DNA of 64,000 nucleotides, taken from contig JBAYQP010000003.1 in NCBI GenBank assembly GCA_041677125.1, positions 45,421 to 109,420 on the forward strand, given 5' to 3'. This stretch comes from Desulfuromonadales bacterium (GTDB lineage: Bacteria > Desulfobacterota > Desulfuromonadia > Desulfuromonadales > JACZKF01). Position numbers and translations under genes: made by a program. Of the stretch, positions 1 through 11,973 are shown in pieces; position 1 is the stretch's first letter, and every line of letters begins with the position of its first letter. The notes beneath the pieces are model-generated. The model saw nothing but the letters and a program-made list of their open reading frames with translations, made no database searches and was not told the DNA's origin.

Positions 1-31
1 AAAAAGGGATGAATCGAAACGGAGGAATGCA

Positions 32-598
32 ATGAAGCGCTTGATCTGTCTGACCCTTCTCTTCAGTTTGCTGACGCTGCAGGCGGAGGCCGACACCCTC
101 GGCCTGAGTCTGAACGACGACAGCGTGCAACTGGATTATCGTCACCTCCTTGTGGAGGACGATTTCGGCCGCTCGGTGGCGCATGGCCGCTTTCTTTACA
201 ATGACGATGAGGATACCCGCCTTGGTTCCGTCGGTTTCGATTTTGTCGGCGAGCCTGGTAATCTTCCGGGTTTGGAGGTCGGCATCGGAGTGCAAGTATA
301 CGGCGGGGTCACCGATGCAAGCCAGGATATCCTTGCCCTCGGCATTGGCGGTCGCAGCGAATATTTCCCGCCAACGTTGGGCGGCTTCGGGGCCATGGCC
401 AAGATCATCTATGCGCCCAGGATCCTCTCCTTTCTCGATACCGAGCGGATGCTTGAAGCGGGTTTCGGCGTGGCCTATTCGATGACGCCCCGGGTGCGGC
501 TCACGCTTGAATATCAAGAAGTCAGGGCAAAATTCGACGACCACGGCACCTGGCTTATCGATGACGGAGTTCGAGCGGGCTTTCAGGCCCGCTTCTAA
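32..598 (+). CDS. Secreted/outer-membrane beta-barrel-like protein (YfaZ-like, family assignment tentative)
   Basis: ATG at 32 preceded by GGAGG. N-terminal signal peptide MKRLICLTLLFSLLTLQAEA. Alternating Gly/aromatic beta-strand-like pattern with C-terminal ...GFQARF typical of OMPs. Confidence 0.6.
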   Translation: MKRLICLTLLFSLLTLQAEADTLGLSLNDDSVQLDYRHLLVEDDFGRSVAHGRFLYNDDEDTRLGSVGFDFVGEPGNLPGLEVGIGVQVYGGVTDASQDILALGIGGRSEYFPPTLGGFGAMAKIIYAPRILSFLDTERMLEAGFGVAYSMTPRVRLTLEYQEVRAKFDDHGTWLIDDGVRAGFQARF

Positions 599-624
599 TC
601 GGCGAACCGCCAATGCGACAATCG

Positions 625-666
625 AAACCGGCGCGAGAACATTTCTCCTTGCGCCGGTTTTTTTTA
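625..666. terminator. Bidirectional rho-independent terminator between convergent genes
   Basis: Stem aaaccggcgc (625-634) pairs with gcgccggttt (651-660), followed by a T-run. A-run on the 5' side. Confidence 0.6.
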
Positions 667-1452
667 TGAGCGCAATTTGTGGCCGGTGGCGATCAGGAAT
701 GCCGCCCAGAAAAAGAGTCCCAGGGCGAGGCCGCCGGTAACGGCAAAGGAGACGGCCAGCGGAACGTCTCCGGTGCCGAGAATGGCGTGGCGAAAGCCAT
801 CAATAAGATACAGAAGGGGGTTGAAGCGGGAAAGAGAGGACCAAAAGGGGGGCAGAATGGAAATCGGATAAAAGACCCCGCCCAGATAGATCAGGGGCAG
901 GATTATAAAGTTGCTGTACATGGACAGGGCATCGAAGGTGTTCGAATAGATGGCGGCGATCAAACCCAGTTGGGCGAACAGAAAACTGGCCAGGCAGACC
1001 ATGAGCACGCCGTACAAGGGATGAACCCATGGCAGTTCGGCAAAAAAAAGGGAAATCAGCCCGACCGCCAGGCCCACGAGCAGGCCGCGAAGCATGGAAG
1101 CCAAAGTATAGGCAAAGATAATCTGCGGCGGCGTAAGCGGAGTCACCAGCAGATCGACGATCTGTCCCAGATAGCGTGACATGAAAAGCGATGACGACGT
1201 GTTGGCGAAAGAATTGTTGATAACCCCCATGAGGATGAGGCCGGGAATGACGAACTGGGCGTAGGAAAATCCTTCGACCACACTGAGGCGGGTGCCCAGG
1301 GTGGCGCCGAAAACGAACAGGTATAACGAAGCGGTAATGATGGGAGCGAGCACCGTTTGCACGGAAACCCGCAAGAAACGGAGGATTTCCCTTTGCAACA
1401 AAGTAAGGAAGGGGAGCCAGGGGCGAAAAGGGGGAAGCTGCTCTTTGTTCAA
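664..1452 (-). CDS. ABC-2 type transporter permease
   Basis: Six predicted TM segments in ABC-2 family style. The track ORF extends to 1560, but the N-terminal extension overlaps the ATPase gene. A TTG at 1452 overlaps the upstream TGA (TTGA). Confidence 0.8.
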   Translation of the reverse strand: MNKEQLPPFRPWLPFLTLLQREILRFLRVSVQTVLAPIITASLYLFVFGATLGTRLSVVEGFSYAQFVIPGLILMGVINNSFANTSSSLFMSRYLGQIVDLLVTPLTPPQIIFAYTLASMLRGLLVGLAVGLISLFFAELPWVHPLYGVLMVCLASFLFAQLGLIAAIYSNTFDALSMYSNFIILPLIYLGGVFYPISILPPFWSSLSRFNPLLYLIDGFRHAILGTGDVPLAVSFAVTGGLALGLFFWAAFLIATGHKLRS

Positions 1453-2384
1453 AGCCCCTCCTGATGCGGTCGCCGGTTCATGCCGGTGAGCTCGATAAAA
1501 ATATCCTCCAACCCTGGTTTGCGCGTCTCGATCTCGTGGACCGGCAAATCCAGACGGCAAAGCAAAGCAAGCACATCGCCGGCCGTATGGCCCGGGGACA
1601 GGCTCAAGGCGATGCGCGTTCCTCCATCAAGCAGGCGCGGGGCAAAAGGACCAAGCTCCGGCGGCAGGCGCTCCAAGGTGCATCCCAGTTGGAATTCGAT
1701 ATGGCGCTCGCGCAAGCGCGCGAGCAAAACGGAGGTTTTTTCCAGGGCGATCAACTCGCCATGATTCATGATGGCGATGCGGTCGCACAACTGCTCCGCC
1801 TCCTCCAGGTAATGAGTGGTGAGAAGGACGGTGGTCCCTTCCTGGTTCATTTCCCGGACGAATTCCCAAAGAGAGTGGCGCAGCTCGACATCGACGCCCG
1901 CGGTCGGCTCGTCAAGAATGAGCAGGCGGGGTTTGTGAATCATCGCTTTGGCGACCATCAGCCGGCGCTTCAGTCCGCCTGAAAGCTTATTCATCGACTT
2001 GTGCAGATGCGGGCCGAGGCCGAGCCGTTCGATCAGCAGCTCGCGCCAGGCTGGATCCGCCGGCACGCCATAGTAGCCGGCGTGAATCTTCAGGGCGCGG
2101 TCGATGGTGAAGAAATGATCGGTAACCAACTCCTGGTGCATAACGCCAACCAGGCGCCGGGTGATGCTGTACTGGCGACGATTATCATAACCGAAAACCT
2201 CGATGTTGCCGCCGCCGAGGCGGACGACGCCGGCGACCATGTTGATCGTGGTGCTTTTGCCGGCGCCATTGGGGCCCAAAAGCCCGAATATTTCGCCCGG
2301 CGCTATATCGAAGGATAAATCCCGAACGGCCGGAGCGCCGCCGAAGCTTTTCTGCAAGTGGCAAATTTTCAGGGCAGGGGTCAT
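1449..2384 (-). CDS. ABC transporter ATP-binding protein (DrrA/ABC-2 type)
   Basis: Walker A GPNGAGKST, signature LSGGLKRR, Walker B LLILDEPT. Confidence 0.9.
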   Translation of the reverse strand: MTPALKICHLQKSFGGAPAVRDLSFDIAPGEIFGLLGPNGAGKSTTINMVAGVVRLGGGNIEVFGYDNRRQYSITRRLVGVMHQELVTDHFFTIDRALKIHAGYYGVPADPAWRELLIERLGLGPHLHKSMNKLSGGLKRRLMVAKAMIHKPRLLILDEPTAGVDVELRHSLWEFVREMNQEGTTVLLTTHYLEEAEQLCDRIAIMNHGELIALEKTSVLLARLRERHIEFQLGCTLERLPPELGPFAPRLLDGGTRIALSLSPGHTAGDVLALLCRLDLPVHEIETRKPGLEDIFIELTGMNRRPHQEGL

Positions 2385-2447
2385 CGCGATAAAATGATCA
2401 TTGGTTTAGCCACCCGGATGGCGAACCGCGAAGGATGAAGGAAGGAG

Positions 2448-3215
2448 TCATTGGACCGCGGCGGTTTCCGCCGTCTCCTCGGCTTCGATCGGTTTTTTCT
2501 TACCGAAAAAGAAGGCGACCCAGATGCCGACCTCGTAAAGTAGAATGAACGGGACAGCCAGGGCGGTTTGGGAAAAAACATCGGGCGGCGTCAACATAGC
2601 CCCGATGACGAATGCCAGGATGAGGGCGTACTTGCGGTTTTTCCGCAACCACAGGTGGTCGATGACCCCCATTCGGGCGAGGAAGAAGATAACCACCGGT
2701 AGCTCGAATACGAGGCCAAAGGCGAATAAAAGCTTGCTGGAAAGAGACAGGTAGGCGCCCATCGAAAGCATGGCGGAGATTTCGCCGCTGGCGGTGCCGT
2801 ACTTGATCAGAAAGGCAAAAATGGTTGGAAAAACAAATTGAAAGCCAAAATAGGTTCCGCAGGCGAAGCAGAGGCAGCTGGCACAAACGAAAGGGACGGC
2901 AAACCTTTTTTCGTTGGAATAAAGACCAGGTGCGACAAAGGCCCAGATTTGCCAGAGAATGACCGGCAGCGCCACGAGCAGGCCGGCGATGGCGCCGATT
3001 TTCAAATAGGTGAAAAACGGCTCGGTGGCATTGATGAAAACCAGTGAACTGCCCGCGGGCAAAGCGTTGCGGGCCGGCTGCGAAATCAACTGAAAAAAGC
3101 GTTCGGCAAAACCGTAGCATGCCAGAAAGCCGACCAGCCAAGCCCCGCCGGCGATCATCAAGCGCCGGCGCAATTCTTCCAGATGGGTGGTGAAGGGCGC
3201 CTGCGTCTCGCTCAT
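2448..3215 (-). CDS. tatC: Twin-arginine translocase subunit TatC
   Basis: N-terminal HLEELRRRL motif, six TM segments, 255 aa. ATGA overlap with the upstream tatA/B-like gene. Confidence 0.9.
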   Translation of the reverse strand: MSETQAPFTTHLEELRRRLMIAGGAWLVGFLACYGFAERFFQLISQPARNALPAGSSLVFINATEPFFTYLKIGAIAGLLVALPVILWQIWAFVAPGLYSNEKRFAVPFVCASCLCFACGTYFGFQFVFPTIFAFLIKYGTASGEISAMLSMGAYLSLSSKLLFAFGLVFELPVVIFFLARMGVIDHLWLRKNRKYALILAFVIGAMLTPPDVFSQTALAVPFILLYEVGIWVAFFFGKKKPIEAEETAETAAVQ

Positions 3216-3511
3216 GCTTGGTTCCCTTCGGACCGAGGCGCGCTGTTTGCCGCTGCGTCCGGCTTTTCCGAGGCGACGCTCGCCGTGCCTTCGGTTTCCG
3301 GCGGGTTGATTTTGCCCTCTTTAATCAGCTTTTCCCGTACCTCGTTTCGATTCTCCTCCTGAAAGGAAGTTTTCAATTCGTCGGTTGCTCGGCGAAATTC
3401 GGCCAATCCACGACCCAGCGCCCGGGCGATATCCGGCAATTTTTTCGGGCCGATGACGATAAGAGCCAAAGCCAGGATCAGCAACATTTCCGGCATACCG
3501 ATACCGAACAT
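3212..3511 (-). CDS. Twin-arginine translocase TatA/TatB family protein
   Basis: [40 protein letters not shown] is a canonical TatA/B N-terminus (TM plus amphipathic helix). Confidence 0.85.
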   Translation of the reverse strand: MFGIGMPEMLLILALALIVIGPKKLPDIARALGRGLAEFRRATDELKTSFQEENRNEVREKLIKEGKINPPETEGTASVASEKPDAAANSAPRSEGNQA

Positions 3512-3593
3512 TAACTACCTCGCAGGGAAAGAGAGGTTGCCAGAATAGCCTTAACCCGGGTCTCTGTCAAGCATGCAGGGGGCCTATAAGAGT

Positions 3594-3622
3594 TTGACAT
3601 ATCAATACTTTTGAACTAGGAT
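3594..3622 (+). promoter_or_regulatory. Putative sigma70 promoter for nadA
   Basis: TTGACA (3594-3599), 17-nt spacer, TAGGAT (3617-3622), ~30 nt upstream of the nadA ATG. Confidence 0.4.
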
Positions 3623-3653
3623 GCGTCGCAAATAATGGAGCGGAGAAGACACT

Positions 3654-4568
3654 ATGCCGCAGGAAGAAATCAAGCAGGAAATCCGCCGTCTGGTCCGGGA
3701 GCGCAATGCTCTCCTGATCGCTCATAACTACCAGCGTGACGAAATCCAGGAGATCGCCGATTTAACGGGGGATTCTCTCGGGTTATCGATGGAGGCGGCG
3801 CGGACCGACCGGGATGTGATCGTTTTTTGCGGTGTTCACTTCATGGCCGAGAGTGCCGCCATTCTCGCCCCGGAGAAGACCGTCCTGCTGCCGCGTCCCG
3901 ACGCCGGATGCCCGATGGCCGACATGGTGACGCCCGAAGCTTTGCGGGCAATGAAGGCCCGTCATCCGGGCGCAACCGTCGTCACTTATGTGAATTCGAG
4001 CGCCGCGGTTAAGGCTGAAAGCGATATTTGTTGCACCAGCGCCAACGCCGTTCGCGTGGTCAATTCGGTGGAATCCCCGGAAGTCATCTTGGTTCCCGAC
4101 CGCAATCTCGGCAGCTACATTGCCCAAAACACCGAAAAAACATGCCACCTGTGGCCGGGTTACTGTCCCACCCACGAGCGGTTGCCGGTGGCGGATGTGC
4201 AACGGGCGATGGCGGAGCATCCGGATGCTGTTTTCATGGCGCACCCCGAATGCCCTCCGGAGATTCTGGCGTTGGCGCACCACATCACTTCCACCAGCGG
4301 CATGTACGACTATGCGCGCACCAGTTCCGCCAGTACGTTCATTGTTGGCACCGAGGCGGGCATCCTCTATCGCCTGCGTCGGGAAAATCCCACGAAAAAT
4401 TTTATTCTTCCCACCTCCCGTCTTATCTGCCCCAACATGAAATTGACCTCTCTGGAGGATGTGCTGCATTGTCTGCAAACGATGTCGCCGCGCATCACTG
4501 TGCCGGCGGCGGTGGCCGAAGGCGCCCGCGGCGCGCTGGAGCGGATGCTGGCGGTGCCCAGGGACTGA
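3654..4568 (+). CDS. nadA: Quinolinate synthase NadA
   Basis: 304 aa. Typical NadA blocks ([47 protein letters not shown]). Confidence 0.9.
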   Translation: MPQEEIKQEIRRLVRERNALLIAHNYQRDEIQEIADLTGDSLGLSMEAARTDRDVIVFCGVHFMAESAAILAPEKTVLLPRPDAGCPMADMVTPEALRAMKARHPGATVVTYVNSSAAVKAESDICCTSANAVRVVNSVESPEVILVPDRNLGSYIAQNTEKTCHLWPGYCPTHERLPVADVQRAMAEHPDAVFMAHPECPPEILALAHHITSTSGMYDYARTSSASTFIVGTEAGILYRLRRENPTKNFILPTSRLICPNMKLTSLEDVLHCLQTMSPRITVPAAVAEGARGALERMLAVPRD

Positions 4569-4613
4569 AGGCGCAGCCCCCCAGGAGAACCAGCCAGCCC
4601 ACGCATTCCTTTC

Positions 4614-4642
4614 TTGCCATGAACACACTTTCCTAGTACTAT
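4614..4642 (+). promoter_or_regulatory. Putative sigma70 promoter for the yqeY-like gene
   Basis: TTGCCA (4614-4619), 17-nt spacer, TACTAT (4637-4642). Confidence 0.35.
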
Positions 4643-4678
4643 GTGCAATTTCGTCCATTTTTCAACTGAGGTATGGTC

Positions 4679-5128
4679 ATGAGCCTGCACGAGCGGCTTA
4701 ACGAATCGATGAAAGAGGCCATGCGGGCGAGAGATGCCTTGCGCCTGAGTGCCATTCGTCTGGTCCGGACGGCAATCAAAAATCGCGAGATCGAGGCGCG
4801 CCAGCCCCTGGATGACCAGGGAATCGTTGTCGTGCTTTCATCGCTGGTCAAGCAGAGGCGGGAATCGGCCCAGATGTACCGCGAAAACGACCGGGTCGAT
4901 CTGGCGGAAAAAGAGGAGTTGGAGCTGGCGGTCATTCAGGAATTCCTGCCCACTCAATTGAGCCCAGCGGAAATCGAGGGGTTCATCGAGGCGGCGGTGG
5001 CGGATACCGGGGCGAACTCCATTAAAGACATGGGACAGGTGATGAAAATTGTCACGGCGCGCACAACCGGACGAGCCGACGGTCGCCAGGTAAGCGAACT
5101 GGTCAAAGCTCGGCTGACAAGGGGCTAA
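4679..5128 (+). CDS. GatB/YqeY domain-containing protein
   Basis: MSLHERLNESMKEAMRARD... matches the YqeY family N-terminus. The second ATG (4679) has better GAGG spacing than 4673. Confidence 0.8.
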   Translation: MSLHERLNESMKEAMRARDALRLSAIRLVRTAIKNREIEARQPLDDQGIVVVLSSLVKQRRESAQMYRENDRVDLAEKEELELAVIQEFLPTQLSPAEIEGFIEAAVADTGANSIKDMGQVMKIVTARTTGRADGRQVSELVKARLTRG

Positions 5129-5163
5129 GGGGCGGAAATCAGGAATCCGTACGCAAGAACCGG

Positions 5164-5655
5164 ATGAATTTTCTCGATATTGCCATTCTGGTGGTGCTGG
5201 TGGCCTTTGTGGTCAAGGGGCTGCTCCGGGGTTTGCTCAAGGAATGCTGCTCCCTGCTGGGACTCGTCATCGGTGCTGCCTTGGCATTCCGTTTTCATGC
5301 GCCCCTCGCCGAGCTGATGAGCGAAGCGTTTCACCTACCCGCCGGCTTTTGCGTTGCAACCGCCTTCGTGGTTCTGTTTCTCGCCACGGTTTTGTTTTTT
5401 TCCCTCATCAGTTTTTTGCTCACGCGTTTTGTCAAGTTGGTGTTCCTCAGTGGGATGAACCGCTTGGTGGGAGGTTTTTTTGGGCTGGCGCAAGGAATTT
5501 TGCTGCTGGCCATTCTGCTTTTCGCTGCATCGGCCAGGCCTTTACCGACCGGCGTGGCCGGCATTTACCGTCATTCGCAGCTGGCGCCGCCTTTTGTCGG
5601 TCTGGGGGAAGCGGCCGTTCAGGGAAGCCGGATCTTGCTGGCGAACTGGCGTTGA
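5164..5655 (+). CDS. CvpA family membrane protein
   Basis: MNFLDIAILVVLVAFVVKGLLRGLLKE start typical of CvpA. Four TM segments. Confidence 0.75.
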   Translation: MNFLDIAILVVLVAFVVKGLLRGLLKECCSLLGLVIGAALAFRFHAPLAELMSEAFHLPAGFCVATAFVVLFLATVLFFSLISFLLTRFVKLVFLSGMNRLVGGFFGLAQGILLLAILLFAASARPLPTGVAGIYRHSQLAPPFVGLGEAAVQGSRILLANWR

Positions 5656-5674
5656 TCGACGGCGGCGGCAGTCG

Positions 5675-8038
5675 ATGAGCGAAGAAATTCTCCGGGTCCT
5701 TGAATTCGCAAAGGTTCGCAATCTGCTCGCCGGGTTTACGGTAAGCGCCCCCGGGCGCGAGCGGGTTTTGGCCTTGCACCCGCTGCCCCCCGAGCAGGCG
5801 CCGGCGGCGCTCGCCGAAGTCCAGGAGATGGAAACCGTGCTTGCCGCCGCTGACCGCTCGCCAGTGGTCGGCGGTCGCGATTTGCGGCGGGCGCTACGGC
5901 AATTGCGCGCCGAGGGCAGTTGGCTGCCGGCGGACGATCTGCTGGAGGTTCTGGCCAGCGCGGAAGCCGCCCAGGAGTGCCGGCGCTTTTTCGCCGAACG
6001 GCAGGAGGTTCCGCGCCTCGCCCGGCGGGCGCAGGCATTGGCATCGCTGAAGGAGTTGCGGCAAAACCTGCGTGCCAGTCTCGGCGTCCGCGGCGAAATC
6101 CTCGACAGTGCGTCTTTTGAGCTGGGTGAAATTCGGCGGGAAATTCTTCAGGCCCGCAATCAGATCAAACGCATTCTGGAGGGGCTGCTGGCCGCCGAAG
6201 GCTTGGCGGCGGTGTTTCAGGAACGGATTATCACCGAGCGCGGCGGCCGCTATGTGCTGCCGGTGCGGGCCGATCGTCGCAGCCAGTTGAAAGGCTTTAT
6301 CCACGACGAGTCGGCGAGCGGCCAGACCTTGTATCTCGAGCCGACCTCGGCGCTGTCGGGCAACAATCGTCTGCAGATCCTGTTGCGGGAAGAGCGGCGG
6401 GAAGAAGAAGCGATACTGCGTCGTCTTTCCGCCCTGGTGCGGCGCGATGCCGCCGACCTTGCCGGCAATCAGGAGATTCTGGCCTGTTTCGATTATAACG
6501 CCGCCGCCGCCCAGTTTTCCCGCCGGTATGCGGGAACGGTGCCGCAGTTGACGGTCGAGCCGCTGGTCGAGCTCAGGGCGGCGCGCCATCCTCTCCTGCT
6601 GTTTCAGCCGAACGGCGAACCGCGCGGCGGCGAGGTGGTGCCGATCGATCTGCTTCTCGGGGCCGGTTGCGACACCCTGGTGGTGAGCGGACCGAATACC
6701 GGCGGCAAGACGGTCGCCCTGAAAACGGTCGGCCTGTTGTTGTTGATGGTGCGTTCCGGCCTGCCGATCCCTTGCGCCCCGGACAGCCGTCTGCATCTTT
6801 TCGGCCGGATTTTTGCGGACATTGGCGACGAGCAGAGCATCGAGGGGAATCTATCCACCTTCTCCGGGCACCTGACCCGCATCCGGCAAATTTTGACGGC
6901 GGCCGATGGCGATTCCCTGGTTCTGCTCGACGAAGCCGGCACCGGAACCGATCCGGCCGAAGGGGGCGCGCTGGCGCTGGCGGTTCTCGATACGTTACGG
7001 GCGCGCGGCGCCCGCGTTATCCTGACGACGCATCTTAATCTGATCAAGGGGTACGCGCATCTGAACAGGGGAGTGGAGAACGCCGCGGTCGAGTTCGACG
7101 GCCGGACCCTGGCGCCCAGCTATCGACTGCACTATGGAATCCCCGGGACGAGCAGCGCTTTCGCCATCGCCCGTTTGCTCGGCATCCCCGAGAAGGTCCT
7201 GGCCACCGCCGCCGATTATCTCGGCAGTGGTGAACAGGAAGGTTTGTCGCTCATTGAAGAACTGAATCGCTTGCGCAAGGAACTCGCCGCCGAACGGGAG
7301 GAGGCCCGGCGTTCGACCGCCGAGGCGCATCGCGAGCGCGATCGGCGGCGACAATTGCTGCGGGAATTAGAGGAGCAGCGCAAGAGCTTGCTGGATAAAA
7401 CGGCCCGCCGCGGCGAGGAGCAGGTGCGCGCGGCGGAGCGGAAACTGTCCACGCTGCTGCGCAAGGCTGAAGAGACCACCGCCATCGCGCCGCCGGAGAG
7501 GGCCGGTTTGCTCGGCGAGCTGCGGTCGGTCAAGTCGGAAGTGGCCCGTCTGCGCCCGGCGCCGGCGCGCGGCAAAATTCCCAAAGAAACTCAGGTCGGC
7601 GAGGTTTTGCGCGTTCCGGCCCTTGGCGCCGAAGGGGAGGTGGTGCGGGTGGCCAGTGGCGAGGTGGAGCTGTCGGTGCAGGGAAAAAAACTGCGGCTGC
7701 CCCTGCGGGATCTGGAGCAATTTTCACCGCGCCGTTTCGCCGCCCGGCGCAAGGGCGGGATGGTGCGCAGCTCGGTGGTTCGGGACGGTTTCCAGCCGCG
7801 CCTGATTCTGATCGGCAAGCGCATCGACGCGGCGCTGCCGCTGCTCGACCGGTTTCTCGACGATGCGCTGCTGCACGGAATACGCGAAGTCGAGGTGGTG
7901 CACGGCGCCGGCGAGGGAATCCTTCGCCGCGGAGTGCGCGATTTTCTCGCCCGGCACCAGGGAGTCGCGGCCTTTCGCGGCGGCGATATGGCCCAGGGCG
8001 GGGAGAACGTCACCACGGTGGAGCTGAGGGAAACATGA
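5675..8038 (+). CDS. mutS2: Endonuclease MutS2 (MutS domain V ATPase plus C-terminal Smr)
   Basis: Walker A GPNTGGKT, DEAGTGTDP, and a C-terminal Smr block (VVHGAGEGILRRGVRDFL). The track start at 5480 overlaps cvpA in another frame. ATG at 5675 chosen. Confidence 0.9.
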   Translation: MSEEILRVLEFAKVRNLLAGFTVSAPGRERVLALHPLPPEQAPAALAEVQEMETVLAAADRSPVVGGRDLRRALRQLRAEGSWLPADDLLEVLASAEAAQECRRFFAERQEVPRLARRAQALASLKELRQNLRASLGVRGEILDSASFELGEIRREILQARNQIKRILEGLLAAEGLAAVFQERIITERGGRYVLPVRADRRSQLKGFIHDESASGQTLYLEPTSALSGNNRLQILLREERREEEAILRRLSALVRRDAADLAGNQEILACFDYNAAAAQFSRRYAGTVPQLTVEPLVELRAARHPLLLFQPNGEPRGGEVVPIDLLLGAGCDTLVVSGPNTGGKTVALKTVGLLLLMVRSGLPIPCAPDSRLHLFGRIFADIGDEQSIEGNLSTFSGHLTRIRQILTAADGDSLVLLDEAGTGTDPAEGGALALAVLDTLRARGARVILTTHLNLIKGYAHLNRGVENAAVEFDGRTLAPSYRLHYGIPGTSSAFAIARLLGIPEKVLATAADYLGSGEQEGLSLIEELNRLRKELAAEREEARRSTAEAHRERDRRRQLLRELEEQRKSLLDKTARRGEEQVRAAERKLSTLLRKAEETTAIAPPERAGLLGELRSVKSEVARLRPAPARGKIPKETQVGEVLRVPALGAEGEVVRVASGEVELSVQGKKLRLPLRDLEQFSPRRFAARRKGGMVRSSVVRDGFQPRLILIGKRIDAALPLLDRFLDDALLHGIREVEVVHGAGEGILRRGVRDFLARHQGVAAFRGGDMAQGGENVTTVELRET

Positions 8039-9885
8039 TCGGTCGCATTGGCGAAGACAAGATCCGTGAAATTCGCGAACGCACCGACATTGTGGCGGTG
8101 ATTTCCTCTTATCTGTCGCTTCGGCGCACCGGCGCAAATCATGTGGGTCTCTGCCCGTTTCACGCTGAGAAAACGCCCTCGTTCAATGTCAATCCGGCCC
8201 GGCAGATTTTTCATTGCTTCGGCTGTGACACGGGAGGGGATGTTTTCTCTTTCCTCATGCGGATGGAAGGCCTCGCCTTTCCCGAGGCGGCCAAGCGGCT
8301 TGGCGAACGGGTCGGGGTGGAAGTCGAGGAAGAGGTGCTGTCCCCGGCCGAGGTGCGGGAGCGGGAAGAAAGAGACCGCCTGGCGCGCATCAACGAGGCC
8401 GCCTGCGAGTTCTACCACCGGGTGCTGCTGGAGGACAAAGTCGCGGCGCCGGCGCGCGCTTACCTGAAACGGCGCGGTTATGACGGCGAGGTGGCGCGCC
8501 GCTTCCGCCTCGGTTACGCTCCCGGCGGCCGCGCGCTGACCGAGCACCTGGCCGGCAAGGGATTCGATCCAAAGTGGGGACGTGAGCTGGGGCTGCTGCG
8601 AGAGGAAAACGGTGGCCGCGACCGGGATCAGTTTCGCCGGCGCCTGCTGTTTCCCATTCTTGATCTGCGCGGGCAGGTGGCCGCCTTCGGCGGCCGCGTT
8701 CTCGACGATTCTCTGCCGAAATACCTCAATTCGCCGGAGTCGCGGATTTACCACAAAAGCCGTCTGTTGTTCGGTCTTTATCAGGCGCGCGAGGGGATGC
8801 GGCAGGGCGGCGAAGGCATCCTTGTCGAGGGGTATTTCGATCAGATGGCCCTCGATCGAGCCGGTTTCCGCAATGCGGTCGCCACCTGCGGCACCGCCCT
8901 GACGGCGGAACAGGCCCGGCTGCTCAAGCGCTATGCGCAGCGGGTGATACTGCTTTTCGATCAGGACAAAGCGGGGCAGAAGGCCACATTCCGGGCCATG
9001 GACGTGCTGCTCGAAGAGGGAGTGCCCGCCGCCGTGGTCACCCTGGACGCCGGCGAGGACCCCGATTCTTTTCTCCGCCGGCAGGGGGGGGATGTTTTTC
9101 GGCAGCGGCTGGCGTCGGCGCAGCCGGTGCTGGAGGCCTTTATCGATCTGGTGCTGAAGGAGCACGGCGACAGCATCGAAGGCAAAGTCCGGGCGGTGGA
9201 TGAGGTTATCCCCCGTCTGCGCCGCTTGTCCAGTGAAATCGAGCGGGAGCTATACCTCAAGCGCCTTGCCGAGCGGGCCGGGGTGGAAACCGATCTGGTG
9301 CGCCGCCAGGCCGAGGCGCAAGCGCCTAAAGGGCATTCCGCAGCGGTTTCTCCTTCTGCCCGCAACGTTCCCGGCGCAGACAAGGGGGCGATAGCGGCGC
9401 CCCGGGCAAAGGCCGGTTCGCCGTCGCCCGCGAAGCCGAAAGAGATCAGCGCCGGGGCCAAGGCCCAACAGTGGCTGCTGCACCTGATGCTGTTCGATAC
9501 CGCCATGCGCGGCCGAGTTGCCGCGGAAGGGGTGGAAAAACTATTTTGCACCGCCGTGTACCAGCAGCTGGCGGAGCGGGTGGTGCAAATCGGCGACGCC
9601 GAGGGGACGCAAACGCTTCTTATCGATGGCTTGGCGGAAGAACAAAAAACAATTTTGTCGGGTATTCTAATAAAGGATGAAAAGGTTTTTGCCGATGATC
9701 CGGAGCAGGTATTTCTTGGTTGTCGCCAGGCTGTCGAACGCGAGCGCCTGAAACAGCGGCTTGAGGAGTTGGATACCTTGTTGCGGCAAGCGGAAAAAGA
9801 AGGCGACCAGCAGGGCCGGATAACCTACGGCGAAGAAAAAATAAAGTTGAACCGGCAATTGAAAAGCCGGGTGCTCACCCTTTAG
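8035..9885 (+). CDS. dnaG: DNA primase DnaG
   Basis: Zinc-finger [40 protein letters not shown] overlap with mutS2. Confidence 0.9.
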   Translation: MIGRIGEDKIREIRERTDIVAVISSYLSLRRTGANHVGLCPFHAEKTPSFNVNPARQIFHCFGCDTGGDVFSFLMRMEGLAFPEAAKRLGERVGVEVEEEVLSPAEVREREERDRLARINEAACEFYHRVLLEDKVAAPARAYLKRRGYDGEVARRFRLGYAPGGRALTEHLAGKGFDPKWGRELGLLREENGGRDRDQFRRRLLFPILDLRGQVAAFGGRVLDDSLPKYLNSPESRIYHKSRLLFGLYQAREGMRQGGEGILVEGYFDQMALDRAGFRNAVATCGTALTAEQARLLKRYAQRVILLFDQDKAGQKATFRAMDVLLEEGVPAAVVTLDAGEDPDSFLRRQGGDVFRQRLASAQPVLEAFIDLVLKEHGDSIEGKVRAVDEVIPRLRRLSSEIERELYLKRLAERAGVETDLVRRQAEAQAPKGHSAAVSPSARNVPGADKGAIAAPRAKAGSPSPAKPKEISAGAKAQQWLLHLMLFDTAMRGRVAAEGVEKLFCTAVYQQLAERVVQIGDAEGTQTLLIDGLAEEQKTILSGILIKDEKVFADDPEQVFLGCRQAVERERLKQRLEELDTLLRQAEKEGDQQGRITYGEEKIKLNRQLKSRVLTL

Positions 9886-9943
9886 CAATAGAGATAAAGT
9901 CAGGTTTCCCGCAGTGCGGGAAACCGAGAGGAGACAAGAAGGC

Positions 9944-11710
<1,767 letters not shown>

Positions 11711-11793
11711 GAAAAACGGCGGGACGGCTGGCAACCGGGAAAAAGACGTTGACAGGGGAATAAAATCGGTTTTAAACTGTCTTCTTTGCGCAT

Positions 11794-11869
11794 GGGCCTA
11801 TAGCTCAGCGGTGAGAGCCACCGGCTCATAACCGGTCGGTCCCAGGTTCGAATCCTGGTGGGCCCACCA
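11794..11869 (+). tRNA. tRNA with CAT anticodon (Met by anticodon, possibly lysidine-modified tRNA-Ile2)
   Basis: Cloverleaf readable by eye: acceptor GGGCCTA/TGGGCCC, anticodon loop CTCATAA, TPsiC GGTTCGAATCC, encoded CCA. C4:G69 and C5:G68 present. Confidence 0.85.
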
Positions 11870-11922
11870 AACAGACGGAAATGAGTCATCAGCTCATACC
11901 CAAATAAAAGCAGCTGGAACGG

Positions 11923-11957
11923 GAGTGCAACCATACCAGAGTTGCACTCTTTTTTTT
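11923..11957 (+). terminator. Rho-independent terminator after the tRNA
   Basis: GAGTGCAAC (11923-11931), 9-nt loop, GTTGCACTC (11941-11949), then T8. Confidence 0.65.
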
Positions 11958-11973
11958 CCACCCGCCCCGGAGA

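Noticed and set aside
5480-5674. Upstream extension of mutS2 overlapping cvpA
   Set aside because: The extension is Trp/Cys/Arg-rich and overlaps the cvpA coding frame. The canonical MutS2 N-terminus (MSEEILRVLEF) starts at 5675.
7591-9165. 524-aa ORF antisense to dnaG/mutS2
   Set aside because: Same reasoning: no recognisable domains, Arg/Pro/Gly-rich, and it overlaps two well-supported + strand genes.
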